Positions 10,389-20,574 are shown, numbered from the stretch's first letter. The stretch: 64,000 nt of DNA from an uncultured archaeon (GCA_964534045.1 CAZHNO010000001.1:1786-65785), one strand, 5' to 3'. Numbers and translations: made by a program. The notes: a model not told the origin generated them from the letters alone.

Positions 10389-10856
10389 TTATATTTTTTG
10401 AAAAAATCGCTCAAAAAAAACTTCAACTTCTTTTAGTTTTCTAGAATCAAACTCAAAAATGCTTGAAAAAACTTTTGAATCAATAACCTTCATTTCATTC
10501 ATTGATAATAATGAAGACATTTTTTTGATAGCTTTTCCAGGCAAGCCTATGCCTGTTGCAAATAACACAACCCCTTTATTTTTATTTTTTAGATTTCTAA
10601 TAAATACATTAATTGCAGGCACTGAAGTAAACGAAACAATAGGAGTCCCTATTACAATTAAATCAAAATCTTTTACAATGGGTTGTTTTATTAATTCTAA
10701 TTTTTTTTCTTGTTTAAATTGTTTTTTTAGATTTTTTTCTTCAACTTCTACTTGAAAGCTTTCAACATCTATTTTTTTAGCTTTAAATAATTCTTCTATT
10801 TTTTTAGCTACCTTTGGGGCTTCACCAAAATTATAGTAAACAACACAAACATTCAT
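10389..10856 (-). CDS. Flavodoxin-like fold protein (tentative)
   Basis: 155 aa with an alternating beta/alpha pattern (MNVCVVYYNFGEAPK...DLIVIGTPIV...VVLFATG). Weak call. Confidence 0.3.
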   Translation of the reverse strand: MNVCVVYYNFGEAPKVAKKIEELFKAKKIDVESFQVEVEEKNLKKQFKQEKKLELIKQPIVKDFDLIVIGTPIVSFTSVPAINVFIRNLKNKNKGVVLFATGIGLPGKAIKKMSSLLSMNEMKVIDSKVFSSIFEFDSRKLKEVEVFFERFFQKI

Positions 10857-10970
10857 AATTTTATGAGAGCGAAAATCATTAAAAGGAGAATTTCAAAAGC
10901 GAAATGAAGGGTATAATTATAAAGCTAATTTAGTATTAAAAGCAAGAAATTTAGAAAAAATTTATGTGTT

Positions 10971-11567
10971 TTAATTGTTTATTGAAACTAACTGTAGCTC
11001 AAAAATCAATGTTTTTCCACCTAAAAAGTGATTTACTGATGCCAAAACGTTATTGTCATTAACTTCATAAATCTTTAATCTATATTGTCCAATGATGACT
11101 TCTTGTCCAACTTCAAAATTCATATCAGGCAATTGTTCTTTCAATATTACTTGCTTGTTTTCTTCATTTAGATTCCCATAAGCCTCTTCAGGTGGCAAAG
11201 TAATTGTTTTTGTATCCCCTACTTTCATCCCAATTACTGCATTATCAAATCCTTTTATCATTTGCCCAGTTCCAGCATCAAAAGTAAGTGGTTCTTTTCC
11301 AATACTAGAATCAAAAATTGCTCCGCCTTCAACTTTTCCAACATAATGAACTGAAATATTGTCTCCTACTTTTACTTTGCGAAATTGATCTAAATTATTA
11401 TAAGTGTTATTTGTGTTTGATTCATTTATTTGATTTGTATCATTTAAATTTGTATTATTTGAATTTGTCATATTATCACTTCCTATGCAACCAAAAAGCA
11501 AAAATAATGCCAAACTAAAAATAACAATTAATTTTACCTTCATAATGAAAATGAATTGGAAAAGCAT
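10971..11567 (-). CDS. FKBP-type peptidyl-prolyl cis-trans isomerase, lipoprotein-like
   Basis: Core VHYVGKVEGGAIFDSS...FDAGTGQMIKGFDNAVIGMKVGD. Has an N-terminal signal with LFGC lipobox-like motif and an Asn-rich linker. Likely start is the internal Met (MKVKLIV...). Confidence 0.75.
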   Translation of the reverse strand: MLFQFIFIMKVKLIVIFSLALFLLFGCIGSDNMTNSNNTNLNDTNQINESNTNNTYNNLDQFRKVKVGDNISVHYVGKVEGGAIFDSSIGKEPLTFDAGTGQMIKGFDNAVIGMKVGDTKTITLPPEEAYGNLNEENKQVILKEQLPDMNFEVGQEVIIGQYRLKIYEVNDNNVLASVNHFLGGKTLIFELQLVSINN

Positions 11568-11647
11568 TATAAATAATTCCTTTTTCTTAGTAAAGCATTA
11601 CTTTGCCATAATAATTACTTGAAAACATCTAATTGCAATTATTATAA

Positions 11648-12145
11648 TTATTTGAAGGCTTCCATTGCCAAATATTGTTCTTCTTTTTCTTTGCTTTCAA
11701 TTCTTTTTATTTTTTTAAATCCAGCTTTTTCTAAAAATTGGTTTAATATTTCTTCATCATAACCAAAATAATGATGATCTTCACCATAATTTTCAAAACC
11801 ATAAATTTTGTTTAATGCCCATTCTTTTTTTTGTCCTTTTTCTTCCAAAAATAATTTGAAAAAATAAGAAATATTTGGAACAATAATTTCTAATCTGCCT
11901 TGATTTTTCAAAACTCTATAAATTTCTTTCAAAGCTTTTCTTGCATCTTTCCTCATCAAATGTTCTAAAAAAAATCTTGAAAAAACTTCTTCAAATTCAT
12001 TATCTTTGAATGGAAGTTTTCTAGCATCACCAACAACATCAGCATTCACGTCTTTTCTAATGTCAAAATGCAAATAACCTTCAGTTGGTTTTTTTCCTGA
12101 ACCAATTTCTAGCTTTTTTAGATTGGTTTTTATTTTACTATTCAT
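11648..12145 (-). CDS. Class I SAM-dependent methyltransferase (Methyltransf_11-like)
   Basis: LEIGSGKKP...HFDIRKD...VVGDARKLPFKDNEFEEVFSRFFLEHL. Confidence 0.65.
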   Translation of the reverse strand: MNSKIKTNLKKLEIGSGKKPTEGYLHFDIRKDVNADVVGDARKLPFKDNEFEEVFSRFFLEHLMRKDARKALKEIYRVLKNQGRLEIIVPNISYFFKLFLEEKGQKKEWALNKIYGFENYGEDHHYFGYDEEILNQFLEKAGFKKIKRIESKEKEEQYLAMEAFK

Positions 12146-12196
12146 GATTTAAGAATGCTGGATTAGTTATAAATAGCTTTAGTTCCTTCATCTATT

Positions 12197-12556
12197 ATGG
12201 CTAAATTACAGTGCAAGCAAATGAATTCAAGAGAATTAATCCAATGCACTTTTGGCTTGAGCAAAACAGAATTAAAGATATTTTTGTTTCTTTTAAAAAG
12301 TAATAGAAGTGTTCCAAGTAATGATATAGCAAAAGAGATTGACTTGGATAGAACAACTGTTCAAAAATCAATGAAGGGTTTGCTTGACAGGGATATTATT
12401 ATTAGAAGACAAATTAATTTGGATAATGGTGGATATTTATTTTTGTATAATGTAAAAGAAAAAGAGGAATTGAAAGAACAAATGAAAAAAATTATTCATA
12501 CTTGGGCGTCTAATGTTGAATTGCAATTAGATGAAGTTTTTAAATTAAATGATTAA
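12197..12556 (+). CDS. Winged-helix transcriptional regulator (MarR/TrmB-like)
   Basis: 119 aa; LSKTELKIFLFLLKSNRSVPSNDIAKEIDLDRTTVQKSMKGLLDRDII. Confidence 0.45.
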   Translation: MAKLQCKQMNSRELIQCTFGLSKTELKIFLFLLKSNRSVPSNDIAKEIDLDRTTVQKSMKGLLDRDIIIRRQINLDNGGYLFLYNVKEKEELKEQMKKIIHTWASNVELQLDEVFKLND

Positions 12557-12932
12557 TTTAGTAATTGATATGGAAAGTTATGCAATTGTTGGAGCAAGTA
12601 ATAATAAAGAAAAATATGGTTACAAAGTAATGCTTTCTTTACAAGAATTAGGGTTTGAGGTTATTCCAATTAATCCTCATGAAAAAAAAATTTTAGGAGA
12701 AAAGGCTTACTCATCTATAAAAGATTTGAATGAAATTGTTGATGTTGTTGTATTAATTGTTCCTCCAAAAGTGAGTGAAAAAATTGTTGAAGAGGTAAAT
12801 GAAAAAGGAATTGAAAAAGTTTGGTTCCAACCTGGGAGTGAAAGTGAAAAAGCAATTAGATATTGTAAAGAAAATGGAATTGAAGTTATTAGTGGAAAAT
12901 GTATAATGGTTACAAAAGGCAACATTAAATAA
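12549..12932 (+). CDS. CoA-binding domain protein
   Basis: YAIVGASNNKEKYGYKV...GFEVIPINP...AYSSIKDL...VDVVVLIVPP pattern of the CoA_binding_2 family. Confidence 0.6.
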   Translation: MINLVIDMESYAIVGASNNKEKYGYKVMLSLQELGFEVIPINPHEKKILGEKAYSSIKDLNEIVDVVVLIVPPKVSEKIVEEVNEKGIEKVWFQPGSESEKAIRYCKENGIEVISGKCIMVTKGNIK

Positions 12933-13001
12933 AAAACACTGCTTTTGTTCAACAATAGTTAGCTTTTTAATGTCGAATAATGTTATTTTTAGAGTGGTTG
13001 G

Positions 13002-14336
13002 ATGCCGACAGTAGAATTTGTTTTCCTTGGACTTGGATTGATAATAGTTGCTGGTTATCTCGGCTTGGCTTTCTTTAAGAAAACAAAAGTCTCTGAAATA
13101 ATTATTTTACTATTAATCGGATTATTAATTGGGCCAATTTCTGACTTTCTTGGTTTTGGAATAATTGGGTCTAATGAAATGGTTTTGTTTGATTCTTTCC
13201 TTCCTTTTTTTGCTAGCTTAGCATTAATAATGATTCTTTTTGAAGGTGGCTTACAATTAAACTTTTTCAAAACAATAAAAGCATTGCCTGGTTCATTAGC
13301 ATTTACAATTTCAGTTTTTTTAACAAACATGCTTTTTACAATTTTAATTTTATGGTTAATGGGTGCAGCAAATTTAATGCCATTCAACATATTGATTGCA
13401 GTTTTTATTGCGGCGGTTTTGGGTGGAACAAGTTCGGCAGTAATAATTCCTCTTGTAAAAAATACTTCTGCTAGGGAAGAAACAAAAACTTTATTGAGTT
13501 TAGAATCAGCATTAACCGATGCATTGTGTGTAATTACTGCGGTTGCAGTAGCACAAATATTTTTAGTTGGAAGCGTTTCACTTGATGTTGTTTTTTCTGG
13601 AATACTAGCAAACTTTAGCATTGCTGCAGTAATTGGTTTCGCTTTTGGTTTAGTTTGGTTAAACATTTTAGGTTACTTGCAAGGAAAATCTTACGAATAC
13701 CTGATGACAATTGCTGCTTTACTAGTTGTTTATTCATCAGTACAAATGCTTGGTGGCAATGGAGCAATTGCTGCACTAATGTTTGGAATTGTTTTAGGAA
13801 ATGCTGAAGATATTACTGAAATGTTGAAATTAACTAAGCGAAAAATTGACACAAACATAATTTCTTTCCAAGGCGAGATATCTTTCCTAGTAAAAATATT
13901 TTTCTTTGTTTATCTTGGAATATTATTCAAAATTAAATTCCTAACGCCCCCAGTATTAATAATTTCAGGAGCGGTAATAATAACAATTTTCTTATCAAGA
14001 TATTTGATTTCAAGAGTATTAACAAAATTAAAGCCAATTTATACTCTTGATCAGCAATTAATTTCTTTTTTAAGTGCTAGGGGATTAGCTGCCGCAGTTC
14101 TTGCTTCAGTGCCAATAAGCATGGGTTTAGACAAAGTAGCCCCTGAGATATTTAGTATAGCATTTATTAGTCAACTATCAGCAATAATTTTCCTAGTAAT
14201 ATTTGGAACTAATATATTGACAACAATAGGAGTTTTCATTTTTGAAAGTGGAAAGCCTAAACCAAATACTCCTAAAGAAAAAGAAGAAATGTTAACAGAA
14301 TTAAAAGCAATTGCTAAACCAAAGGTGGTTAAATGA
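13002..14336 (+). CDS. Na+/H+ antiporter, CPA1 family
   Basis: 444 aa, about 11-12 TM helices; LFEGGLQLNF and GGTSSAVIIP motifs typical of NhaP-type exchangers. Confidence 0.6.
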   Translation: MPTVEFVFLGLGLIIVAGYLGLAFFKKTKVSEIIILLLIGLLIGPISDFLGFGIIGSNEMVLFDSFLPFFASLALIMILFEGGLQLNFFKTIKALPGSLAFTISVFLTNMLFTILILWLMGAANLMPFNILIAVFIAAVLGGTSSAVIIPLVKNTSAREETKTLLSLESALTDALCVITAVAVAQIFLVGSVSLDVVFSGILANFSIAAVIGFAFGLVWLNILGYLQGKSYEYLMTIAALLVVYSSVQMLGGNGAIAALMFGIVLGNAEDITEMLKLTKRKIDTNIISFQGEISFLVKIFFFVYLGILFKIKFLTPPVLIISGAVIITIFLSRYLISRVLTKLKPIYTLDQQLISFLSARGLAAAVLASVPISMGLDKVAPEIFSIAFISQLSAIIFLVIFGTNILTTIGVFIFESGKPKPNTPKEKEEMLTELKAIAKPKVVK

Positions 14337-15205
14337 ACACTCCAAATTTAAGTGGAGAGAAAAAGATAGCTGAAATTCTTAAAAAAAATAATATCAAATA
14401 TGAAACTAAAAAAAAGCTAATTCTTCATAAAGATTCAAAAAAATATAGAATTCCTGATTTTTATTTACCTGATTATAAATTAGCAATAGAATATTTTGGT
14501 AGTTGGCATAATGAAAAAAGCAAGAAAATGGAGAAGAAAGAAAGGGCAAGGTTTATGGAAAAAGTTGGGGCTTATGAAGAAAGTGGAATTGATTGTGTTT
14601 ATTTATATCCACAAGATTTAGAAAAAGCTGAAGAAAAAATTTTGAAAAAAATAGAACTTATTGAAACCCACAATAAAGCTGGCGAAATTGCTAGGCATAT
14701 TGTTACAAAAAAAGTTGTTGAAACTGAAAAAATTGAAACAAGAGAACCAATAATAATTAGAAAAGAAAAACCAATTTTTGGGGAAGAAACAAAAAAAATT
14801 AATTATCATTCAAGCAATAGTGAATATGAAGTTCTTAATTCTGAATTATTAAAAAAATTGATTGTTGGTTTGGGAATTACAGCAGTATTATTATTTTTAG
14901 CACAAACAATAATTGGAGTAATTCTTTTTGTAATGGGAAATCCTTTAACCAGTGAATTACATTTTCCAAACGATATTATGTTCACGCTATTTGCAATAAT
15001 CATTCCTTTATCAATAATTCTTTCAGGAATATATGCTTACAAAAAAAATCTTTCAAAAGGATTTATTTATGTTGCAATAATACTATTTATCTTCTACATA
15101 ATAACTCTTTTCTTTTTCGGAGATCCGTTAAATAGAGCAATAGTATTGTTAGTTGGAATGTTAGCAATAATTCCGGCTGAATATTATATGGTTACAAGTA
15201 ATTAA
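14333..15205 (+). CDS. Membrane protein with N-terminal Vsr/DUF559-like PD-(D/E)xK-fold domain (paralog of 58037..58930)
   Basis: YRIPDFYLPDYKLAIEYFGSWHNEK matches the DUF559/Vsr-like core (D...IE.DG.xH). The C-terminal 120 aa has 4 TM helices. Confidence 0.4.
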   Translation: MNTPNLSGEKKIAEILKKNNIKYETKKKLILHKDSKKYRIPDFYLPDYKLAIEYFGSWHNEKSKKMEKKERARFMEKVGAYEESGIDCVYLYPQDLEKAEEKILKKIELIETHNKAGEIARHIVTKKVVETEKIETREPIIIRKEKPIFGEETKKINYHSSNSEYEVLNSELLKKLIVGLGITAVLLFLAQTIIGVILFVMGNPLTSELHFPNDIMFTLFAIIIPLSIILSGIYAYKKNLSKGFIYVAIILFIFYIITLFFFGDPLNRAIVLLVGMLAIIPAEYYMVTSN

Positions 15206-15278
15206 AAAAATTTTATTTTTTCTTAAATACAAAACTATAAAAAAACATGGATTATTTAATTAATTAGAGTGAACACCA

Positions 15279-16181
15279 ATGGAAAAAAAATTTGATTTGA
15301 TAGTAATTGGAACAGGACCTGCGGGCGTTAGTGCAGCAGTTTATGCCGCAAGATACAAACTAAAAACACTTTTAGTTGGAGAATTAATGGGGGGCACTAT
15401 TACAGAAGCCCATAAAATTTGTAATTTTATTACTTACTCAGAAATTTCAGGTGCTGAATTTGCAGAAAAACTAAGAGAACAAATAAAATCACTAGAAATT
15501 ACTTACCTCCCTAGCAAGGTTCGTAAAATTGAAAAAGGAAAAGAATTCAAAGTTATAATTGATGATGAAATTTATTATTCAAAAAAAGTTATTATTGCAA
15601 CAGGTAATGAAAAAAGAAAATTAGGAATAAAAAATGAAATAAATTTTGTTGGAAAAGGAATTAGCTATTGTGCTACTTGTGATGCAGCTTTTTTCAGAGA
15701 AAAAATAGTTGGAGTAATTGGAGGAAGTAATTCAGCACTAACAACAGCATTATTATTAACAGAATTTGCTGAAAAGGTTTACTTAATTTATAGGGGGGAA
15801 AAATTTACAAAAGCTGATCCTGCTTGGATAGAACAAGTAGAAAAAAACAAAAAAATAGCTACTTTATTTAACACAAATGTGATTGAACTAATTGGAGAAA
15901 ATTTTTTAGAAAAAGCAAAACTAAATAATGGAAAAATAATTAACTTGTCTGGATTGTTTATTGAGATTGGTTCTGTTCCACAAACAGAATTAACAAAAGA
16001 ATTAGGTATTGAGTTAGAAAATGGTTTTGTAAAAGTTGACAAAGAACAAAAAACTAATGTCAACGGGCTTTTTGCTGCGGGAGATGTAACTAATAATCCA
16101 TTAAAACAAATAGTTACTGCAGCTGGTGAAGGAGCAATTGCTGCAAACCAAGCATTCAGAGAAATACAAAACGAAGAATGA
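15279..16181 (+). CDS. trxB: Thioredoxin-disulfide reductase
   Basis: GTGPAG FAD motif, CATC redox-active disulfide, GGGNSA NADPH motif, C-terminal GDV FAD motif; 300 aa. Confidence 0.85.
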   Translation: MEKKFDLIVIGTGPAGVSAAVYAARYKLKTLLVGELMGGTITEAHKICNFITYSEISGAEFAEKLREQIKSLEITYLPSKVRKIEKGKEFKVIIDDEIYYSKKVIIATGNEKRKLGIKNEINFVGKGISYCATCDAAFFREKIVGVIGGSNSALTTALLLTEFAEKVYLIYRGEKFTKADPAWIEQVEKNKKIATLFNTNVIELIGENFLEKAKLNNGKIINLSGLFIEIGSVPQTELTKELGIELENGFVKVDKEQKTNVNGLFAAGDVTNNPLKQIVTAAGEGAIAANQAFREIQNEE

Positions 16182-16247
16182 ATAAAATTTGTTCAAAAGT
16201 TCACTAATCGCATTAATAAATGCTTGTATGGGAAAATTATGTAATAG

Positions 16248-18164
16248 TTGATAGTAATGGGCTTTAGTAAGTTAAATATACATGAAAAAGTAATGAAAGG
16301 ATTAACAGAAATGGGTTTTGAAATCCCTACTTCTATCCAACAACGATGTATTCCTGAAATAAAAAAAGGACATGATATTGTTGGCCAATCATTAACCGGT
16401 TCGGGGAAGACCGCTGCATTTGGAATACCCTTGTTAGAACAGGTTACACCCGGTGAAGGAATACAAGCTTTAATTTTAACACCAACAAGAGAATTGTGTT
16501 TACAAGTAAGAGATAATTTAGAAAAAATGGGTAAATATGTTCCATTAAATATTAAGAGTATTTTTGGTGGAGTTGGTTATTACCAGCAAAGAGAAGACAT
16601 TTTGATTGCTGAAATAATTGTTGCAACACCAGGAAGATTACTAGATCATTTGAATCAAGGAAATATTAGTTTAGAAAAAGTAAAATTTGTTGTTTTAGAT
16701 GAAGCTGATAGAATGGTTGACATGGGTTTTTCAAAAGATGTAGAAAAAATTCTTAGAAAAACTGCTTCAAAAAGACAAACAACAATGTTCAGTGCAACAA
16801 TGCCTCCTGAAGCAAAGCACATAATCAAAACTTTTTTACACGAACCAATTTACATAACAGAACAATTGCAAGTTGATAATGAATTACTAAAACAAAAAGT
16901 GTATTACATAAGACAAGAAGATAAATTTTCTTTACTTGTTCATTTACTAAAACAAAATACTGGAAATGCAATTATTTTTTGTGGAAAAAAAAGAACTGTT
17001 GATAAGCTATCAAGAAATATTAGAAAACAAGGTTTTGCTGTAATGCCAATACATGGTGATATTGTTCAAAGCAAAAGACAAATGGCAATAAAAATGTTCA
17101 AAGATAAAAAAATTGATTTCTTAATAGCAACAGATGTTGCTGCAAGAGGAATTGACATTGACCACGTTTCACACATTTATAATTATGACACTCCAAAAAC
17201 ACCAGATGAATACACTCATAGAATTGGGAGAACTGCTCGTGCTGGAAAAAAAGGAGAAGCAATTAATTTAGTTAGTGAAAATGATAATGCACAATTTAAA
17301 GATATTTTAAAAGTTAGAAAAGAAATGACAGAAGAAGCGTTGCCCGAATTTGAAAAACTTGTATTTGAAAAAGGCTCTCACTCAAGAGACTTTGACAGAG
17401 ATTCTGGACGAAGCTTTGGAAGAAGTTCTGGGAGAGATTTTGGAAGACACCCAAAAGATAATTATAGAGGTGGAAAAGGCTCTGGAAGAAGTTCAAGAGA
17501 ATTTTTTAGAAACAGAGATGAGAATTCTCCAAGAAATAAATTTGGCCCAAAAACTGAAAGTTCTGAATCAAGTCCTTCTGAATCAGTTAGCCGAGATAGT
17601 TATGGAAATAGAAGTTCAGGAAGTAGTTATGGTAGAAGTTCTGGCGGTTATAGAGGAAATTATGGAAGAAGCTCTAGTGGCTATGGACAAAGGTCAAGTA
17701 ATTATAGAGGAAATTCTGAAGGTGGACGAAGTTCTCACGGTGGATACGGCAGAAGTTCTTCAGGCGAAAGTTCTGGGTATGGAAGAAGTTCTGGTAGAAG
17801 TAGTTACGGACGAAGTTCTAATGGTGGAAGAAGCCCTGGTGGCTATAGAGGAAATTCTGGCGGAGGATATGGAAGAAGCTCTGGTGGAAGTTCAGGTTAT
17901 GGAAGAAGTTCTGAAGGAAGTAGTTCTGGTAGAAGCCCAAGTGGTGGCTATGGAAGAAGTTCAAGTGGTTATGGAAGAGATTCTGGAGAAAGTTCAGGAA
18001 GAAGTTTTGGTGACAGAAGTGGAGCACCAAGAAGTAGTTTTCCAAACAAATTTTCTCACGCTAAACCAAAATCCTTTTCTCACAAACGTTCAGGCGAAGC
18101 AAGCAAACCTCGTAACTTCGGCAAAAGAAGAAATTATGTTAATAAAAAATCTAATAGAAATTAG
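16248..18164 (+). CDS. DEAD-box ATP-dependent RNA helicase with about 270-aa C-terminal G/S/R/Y-rich low-complexity tail
   Basis: Q-motif, TGSGKT, DEAD, SAT and HRIGRTARAG motifs. The tail is built from GYGRSS/GRSSG-type degenerate repeats. Confidence 0.85.
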   Translation: MIVMGFSKLNIHEKVMKGLTEMGFEIPTSIQQRCIPEIKKGHDIVGQSLTGSGKTAAFGIPLLEQVTPGEGIQALILTPTRELCLQVRDNLEKMGKYVPLNIKSIFGGVGYYQQREDILIAEIIVATPGRLLDHLNQGNISLEKVKFVVLDEADRMVDMGFSKDVEKILRKTASKRQTTMFSATMPPEAKHIIKTFLHEPIYITEQLQVDNELLKQKVYYIRQEDKFSLLVHLLKQNTGNAIIFCGKKRTVDKLSRNIRKQGFAVMPIHGDIVQSKRQMAIKMFKDKKIDFLIATDVAARGIDIDHVSHIYNYDTPKTPDEYTHRIGRTARAGKKGEAINLVSENDNAQFKDILKVRKEMTEEALPEFEKLVFEKGSHSRDFDRDSGRSFGRSSGRDFGRHPKDNYRGGKGSGRSSREFFRNRDENSPRNKFGPKTESSESSPSESVSRDSYGNRSSGSSYGRSSGGYRGNYGRSSSGYGQRSSNYRGNSEGGRSSHGGYGRSSSGESSGYGRSSGRSSYGRSSNGGRSPGGYRGNSGGGYGRSSGGSSGYGRSSEGSSSGRSPSGGYGRSSSGYGRDSGESSGRSFGDRSGAPRSSFPNKFSHAKPKSFSHKRSGEASKPRNFGKRRNYVNKKSNRN

Positions 18165-18234
18165 ATTTTAAAAAAATAGAAAACTTACCTAAATTGTTGA
18201 AGAGTTAATTTTTTTATAAAAAGTTTTTAAGTAT

Positions 18235-19041
18235 TTATTTGATTATTTCATCCAATAACTTCTTTTCAATCGCCAGGTGCTTGTCAAATCTTTTTGAATC
18301 AATTTTAATTTTTTTATTATTGCTTTTTAAAAAAGTTACTTTCCTCTTAGAGTTTTTTTTATTTAAAGTATCTATAATTTGACTAATTTTTGGAGTATAT
18401 TCTATTGCATTATAAATTCCTTCGCCATTTTTTATTGCTTTAAGTATTATTTTTGCAGCATCTTTTACATCGGTAATCATCAAAGTTGAATCTTTCGCAA
18501 ATCTTAAAGTTTTGTGTTTTTTATATTCAGTAATTATTTTTTTAACTCTATTCTCACTAGATTTTTCACCAATAAGAGTTGGAAACCTAAGAATTACAAA
18601 TTCAAATCCAAACTTTTTACTATATTTTATTATTTTCGTTTCAGCAATAAGTTTTGACTTTGCATAATCAGATAAATTTTTTCCACGTGTTTTCTCGTTT
18701 AACTTAATGGGGATTTTTTCTCCATAAACCGAACAACTTGATGTAAAAATAAATTTTTTTATTTTGTTTTTAACACAAAATTGTAAAAGATTTTCTGTAC
18801 CTTCAGCATTAACCAAATAGTAATCCTTCAGATTTTTTGTATGATTAAGCCCTGCTAAATGAATCACAATATCAAAATTTTCTTCAATAATAATGTTTTT
18901 TGTCAAATCAACTTGTTTGATTCCTTTTGCTTTGTGTCTACTCAATGCGATAAATGGAATTTTTTCTTTCTTTAATAAATTTATAACTTCTTTTCCCAAG
19001 AAGCCTGACGCCCCAGTGACTAAAACTTTTTCTTTGCTCAT
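18235..19041 (-). CDS. NAD-dependent epimerase/dehydratase family protein (short SDR)
   Basis: VLVTGASGFLG N-terminal Rossmann motif; 268 aa. Confidence 0.6.
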   Translation of the reverse strand: MSKEKVLVTGASGFLGKEVINLLKKEKIPFIALSRHKAKGIKQVDLTKNIIIEENFDIVIHLAGLNHTKNLKDYYLVNAEGTENLLQFCVKNKIKKFIFTSSCSVYGEKIPIKLNEKTRGKNLSDYAKSKLIAETKIIKYSKKFGFEFVILRFPTLIGEKSSENRVKKIITEYKKHKTLRFAKDSTLMITDVKDAAKIILKAIKNGEGIYNAIEYTPKISQIIDTLNKKNSKRKVTFLKSNNKKIKIDSKRFDKHLAIEKKLLDEIIK

Positions 19042-19076
19042 AAAGAATTAAAAACATCATTAACGCTTATATAAAT

Positions 19077-20234
19077 ATGGAAAAACTAGCTTTTTTTGGT
19101 GGCAAACCCATTTTAAAAGAAAAACCATTAATTAGCCCAAACATTTCAAAAAGTGCTCCAAAACTAATTATTAAGGCAATCAAGGATGGGGGGTTATCAA
19201 ATTTTGAGGGCAGTGGATTTGTATATAAGTTTGAAACAGAATTTGCTAAATTTAATGACACTAAATATGCTGTTGCAACAAATTCAGGAACATCTGCGCT
19301 ACACACCGCTTTGGCAACTTTTTCATTAAGTCCAAAAGATGAAGTTATCATTCCAGCATATACTTTTGTTTCAGGGGGGTCAATTGTAATTCAAGAAAAC
19401 GCAAAACTTGTTTTTGCTGATATAGAAAAAGACACTTATTGCATTGATCCAAAAAGTATTGAAGAATGTATTACTAAAAATACAAAAGCTATTATGCCAG
19501 TTCATATTTATGGACATCCTGCAAAAATGAAACAAATTAATAAAATTGCAAAGAAATTTGATTTAAAAGTAATTGAAGATTGTGCTCAAGCACATGGTGC
19601 GAAGATTGGAAACAAAATGGTTGGTTCTTTTGGAGATGCAGGATGTTATAGTTTTGCAAAAACAAAAAATATGACAACTGGTGAAGGTGGAATAGTTGTA
19701 ACTAATAAAAAAGAAATATCTGAAGAAGCAAAAATAATTAGACAAAATGGAAAAATTACTTGGAAAATACACAAAAGATTAGGTTATAATTATCGAATGA
19801 CAGAAATGCAGGCTGCTTTAGGAATCAGTCAGCTTCATGAATTAAAAAAATTTAATAAACTTCGTGAAAAGAATGCACTAGTTTATTTTAAAAAACTTAA
19901 AAATCTTGGATTAGAATTACCAAAAATTAGTCAAAATATAACCCATGCATATTACAAGTTACCTATTCTCATGCCTAAAGAATTAACAGAAAAACGAGGA
20001 ATATTTGTTAAAGCATGTATTCAAGAAAATATGCCTATTGAAACAGGATATTCTATTTCTTTAAACAAAATTAATTTTTTATCAAGTCATTCAAGAAAGA
20101 CAGAATGTCCAGTTGCAGAAGATTTTGTAAAAAGAATAATTAATTTGCCTGTTGCACCTTGTTTATCTACGCAAAAAATAGAGTTAATTTGTGAAGGCTT
20201 AAGAAAAGTATTTAATGAAATTGATTCTCTATAA
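19077..20234 (+). CDS. DegT/DnrJ/EryC1/StrS-family PLP-dependent sugar aminotransferase
   Basis: 385 aa; family layout with conserved region DCAQAHGA...GD...SF...K (the PLP-lysine region). Confidence 0.75.
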   Translation: MEKLAFFGGKPILKEKPLISPNISKSAPKLIIKAIKDGGLSNFEGSGFVYKFETEFAKFNDTKYAVATNSGTSALHTALATFSLSPKDEVIIPAYTFVSGGSIVIQENAKLVFADIEKDTYCIDPKSIEECITKNTKAIMPVHIYGHPAKMKQINKIAKKFDLKVIEDCAQAHGAKIGNKMVGSFGDAGCYSFAKTKNMTTGEGGIVVTNKKEISEEAKIIRQNGKITWKIHKRLGYNYRMTEMQAALGISQLHELKKFNKLREKNALVYFKKLKNLGLELPKISQNITHAYYKLPILMPKELTEKRGIFVKACIQENMPIETGYSISLNKINFLSSHSRKTECPVAEDFVKRIINLPVAPCLSTQKIELICEGLRKVFNEIDSL

Positions 20235-20238
20235 TTAT

Positions 20239-20574
20239 ATGAAAAGCCTGGTCAAAGGAATAATTGCTTCTAAAGGTATTGCTGAAGGCACTTGTGTTGT
20301 TGTTAATTCATTAGATGACTTTGCAAAGGTTAGTGAAGGCCAAATTCTCGTCGTGAAAAATACTGACCCTTCATTTGTGATTCTTTTTTCAAAAGTTTCT
20401 GGAATTATAACAGAAATTGGTGGAATGTGTTCACACGCAGCAATAGTATCAAGAGAAATGGGTTTGCCATGTATTGTTGGCACTGGCAATGCAAGAGAAA
20501 TTCTCAAAGACGGAATGAAAATTGTTTTGAATGCAAATGAAGGAATGGTTTATGAATCAAACAAAGATGAATGA
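20239..20574 (+). CDS. Stand-alone PEP-utilising-enzyme mobile (swivelling phosphohistidine) domain protein
   Basis: GGMCSHAAIVSREMGLPCIVGTG, the signature of the PEP-utilisers phosphohistidine domain. Only about 110 aa, with no ATP-grasp or PEP-binding domains attached. Confidence 0.6.
   Translation: MKSLVKGIIASKGIAEGTCVVVNSLDDFAKVSEGQILVVKNTDPSFVILFSKVSGIITEIGGMCSHAAIVSREMGLPCIVGTGNAREILKDGMKIVLNANEGMVYESNKDE

Noticed and set aside
13055-13666. 203-aa minus-strand ORF antisense to the Na+/H+ antiporter
   Set aside because: Shadow ORF within a conserved membrane-transporter gene. Its composition mirrors the antisense of hydrophobic codons.
17350-18171. 273-aa plus-strand ORF (E/V/L-rich) inside the DEAD-box helicase tail
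   Set aside because: It is an alternative frame of the GYGRSS-repeat DNA. Low-complexity repeat DNA gives open frames in several phases. The helicase frame is contiguous with conserved motifs, so this ORF and the minus-strand ORFs at 17314-17496 and 17818-18045 are artefacts.
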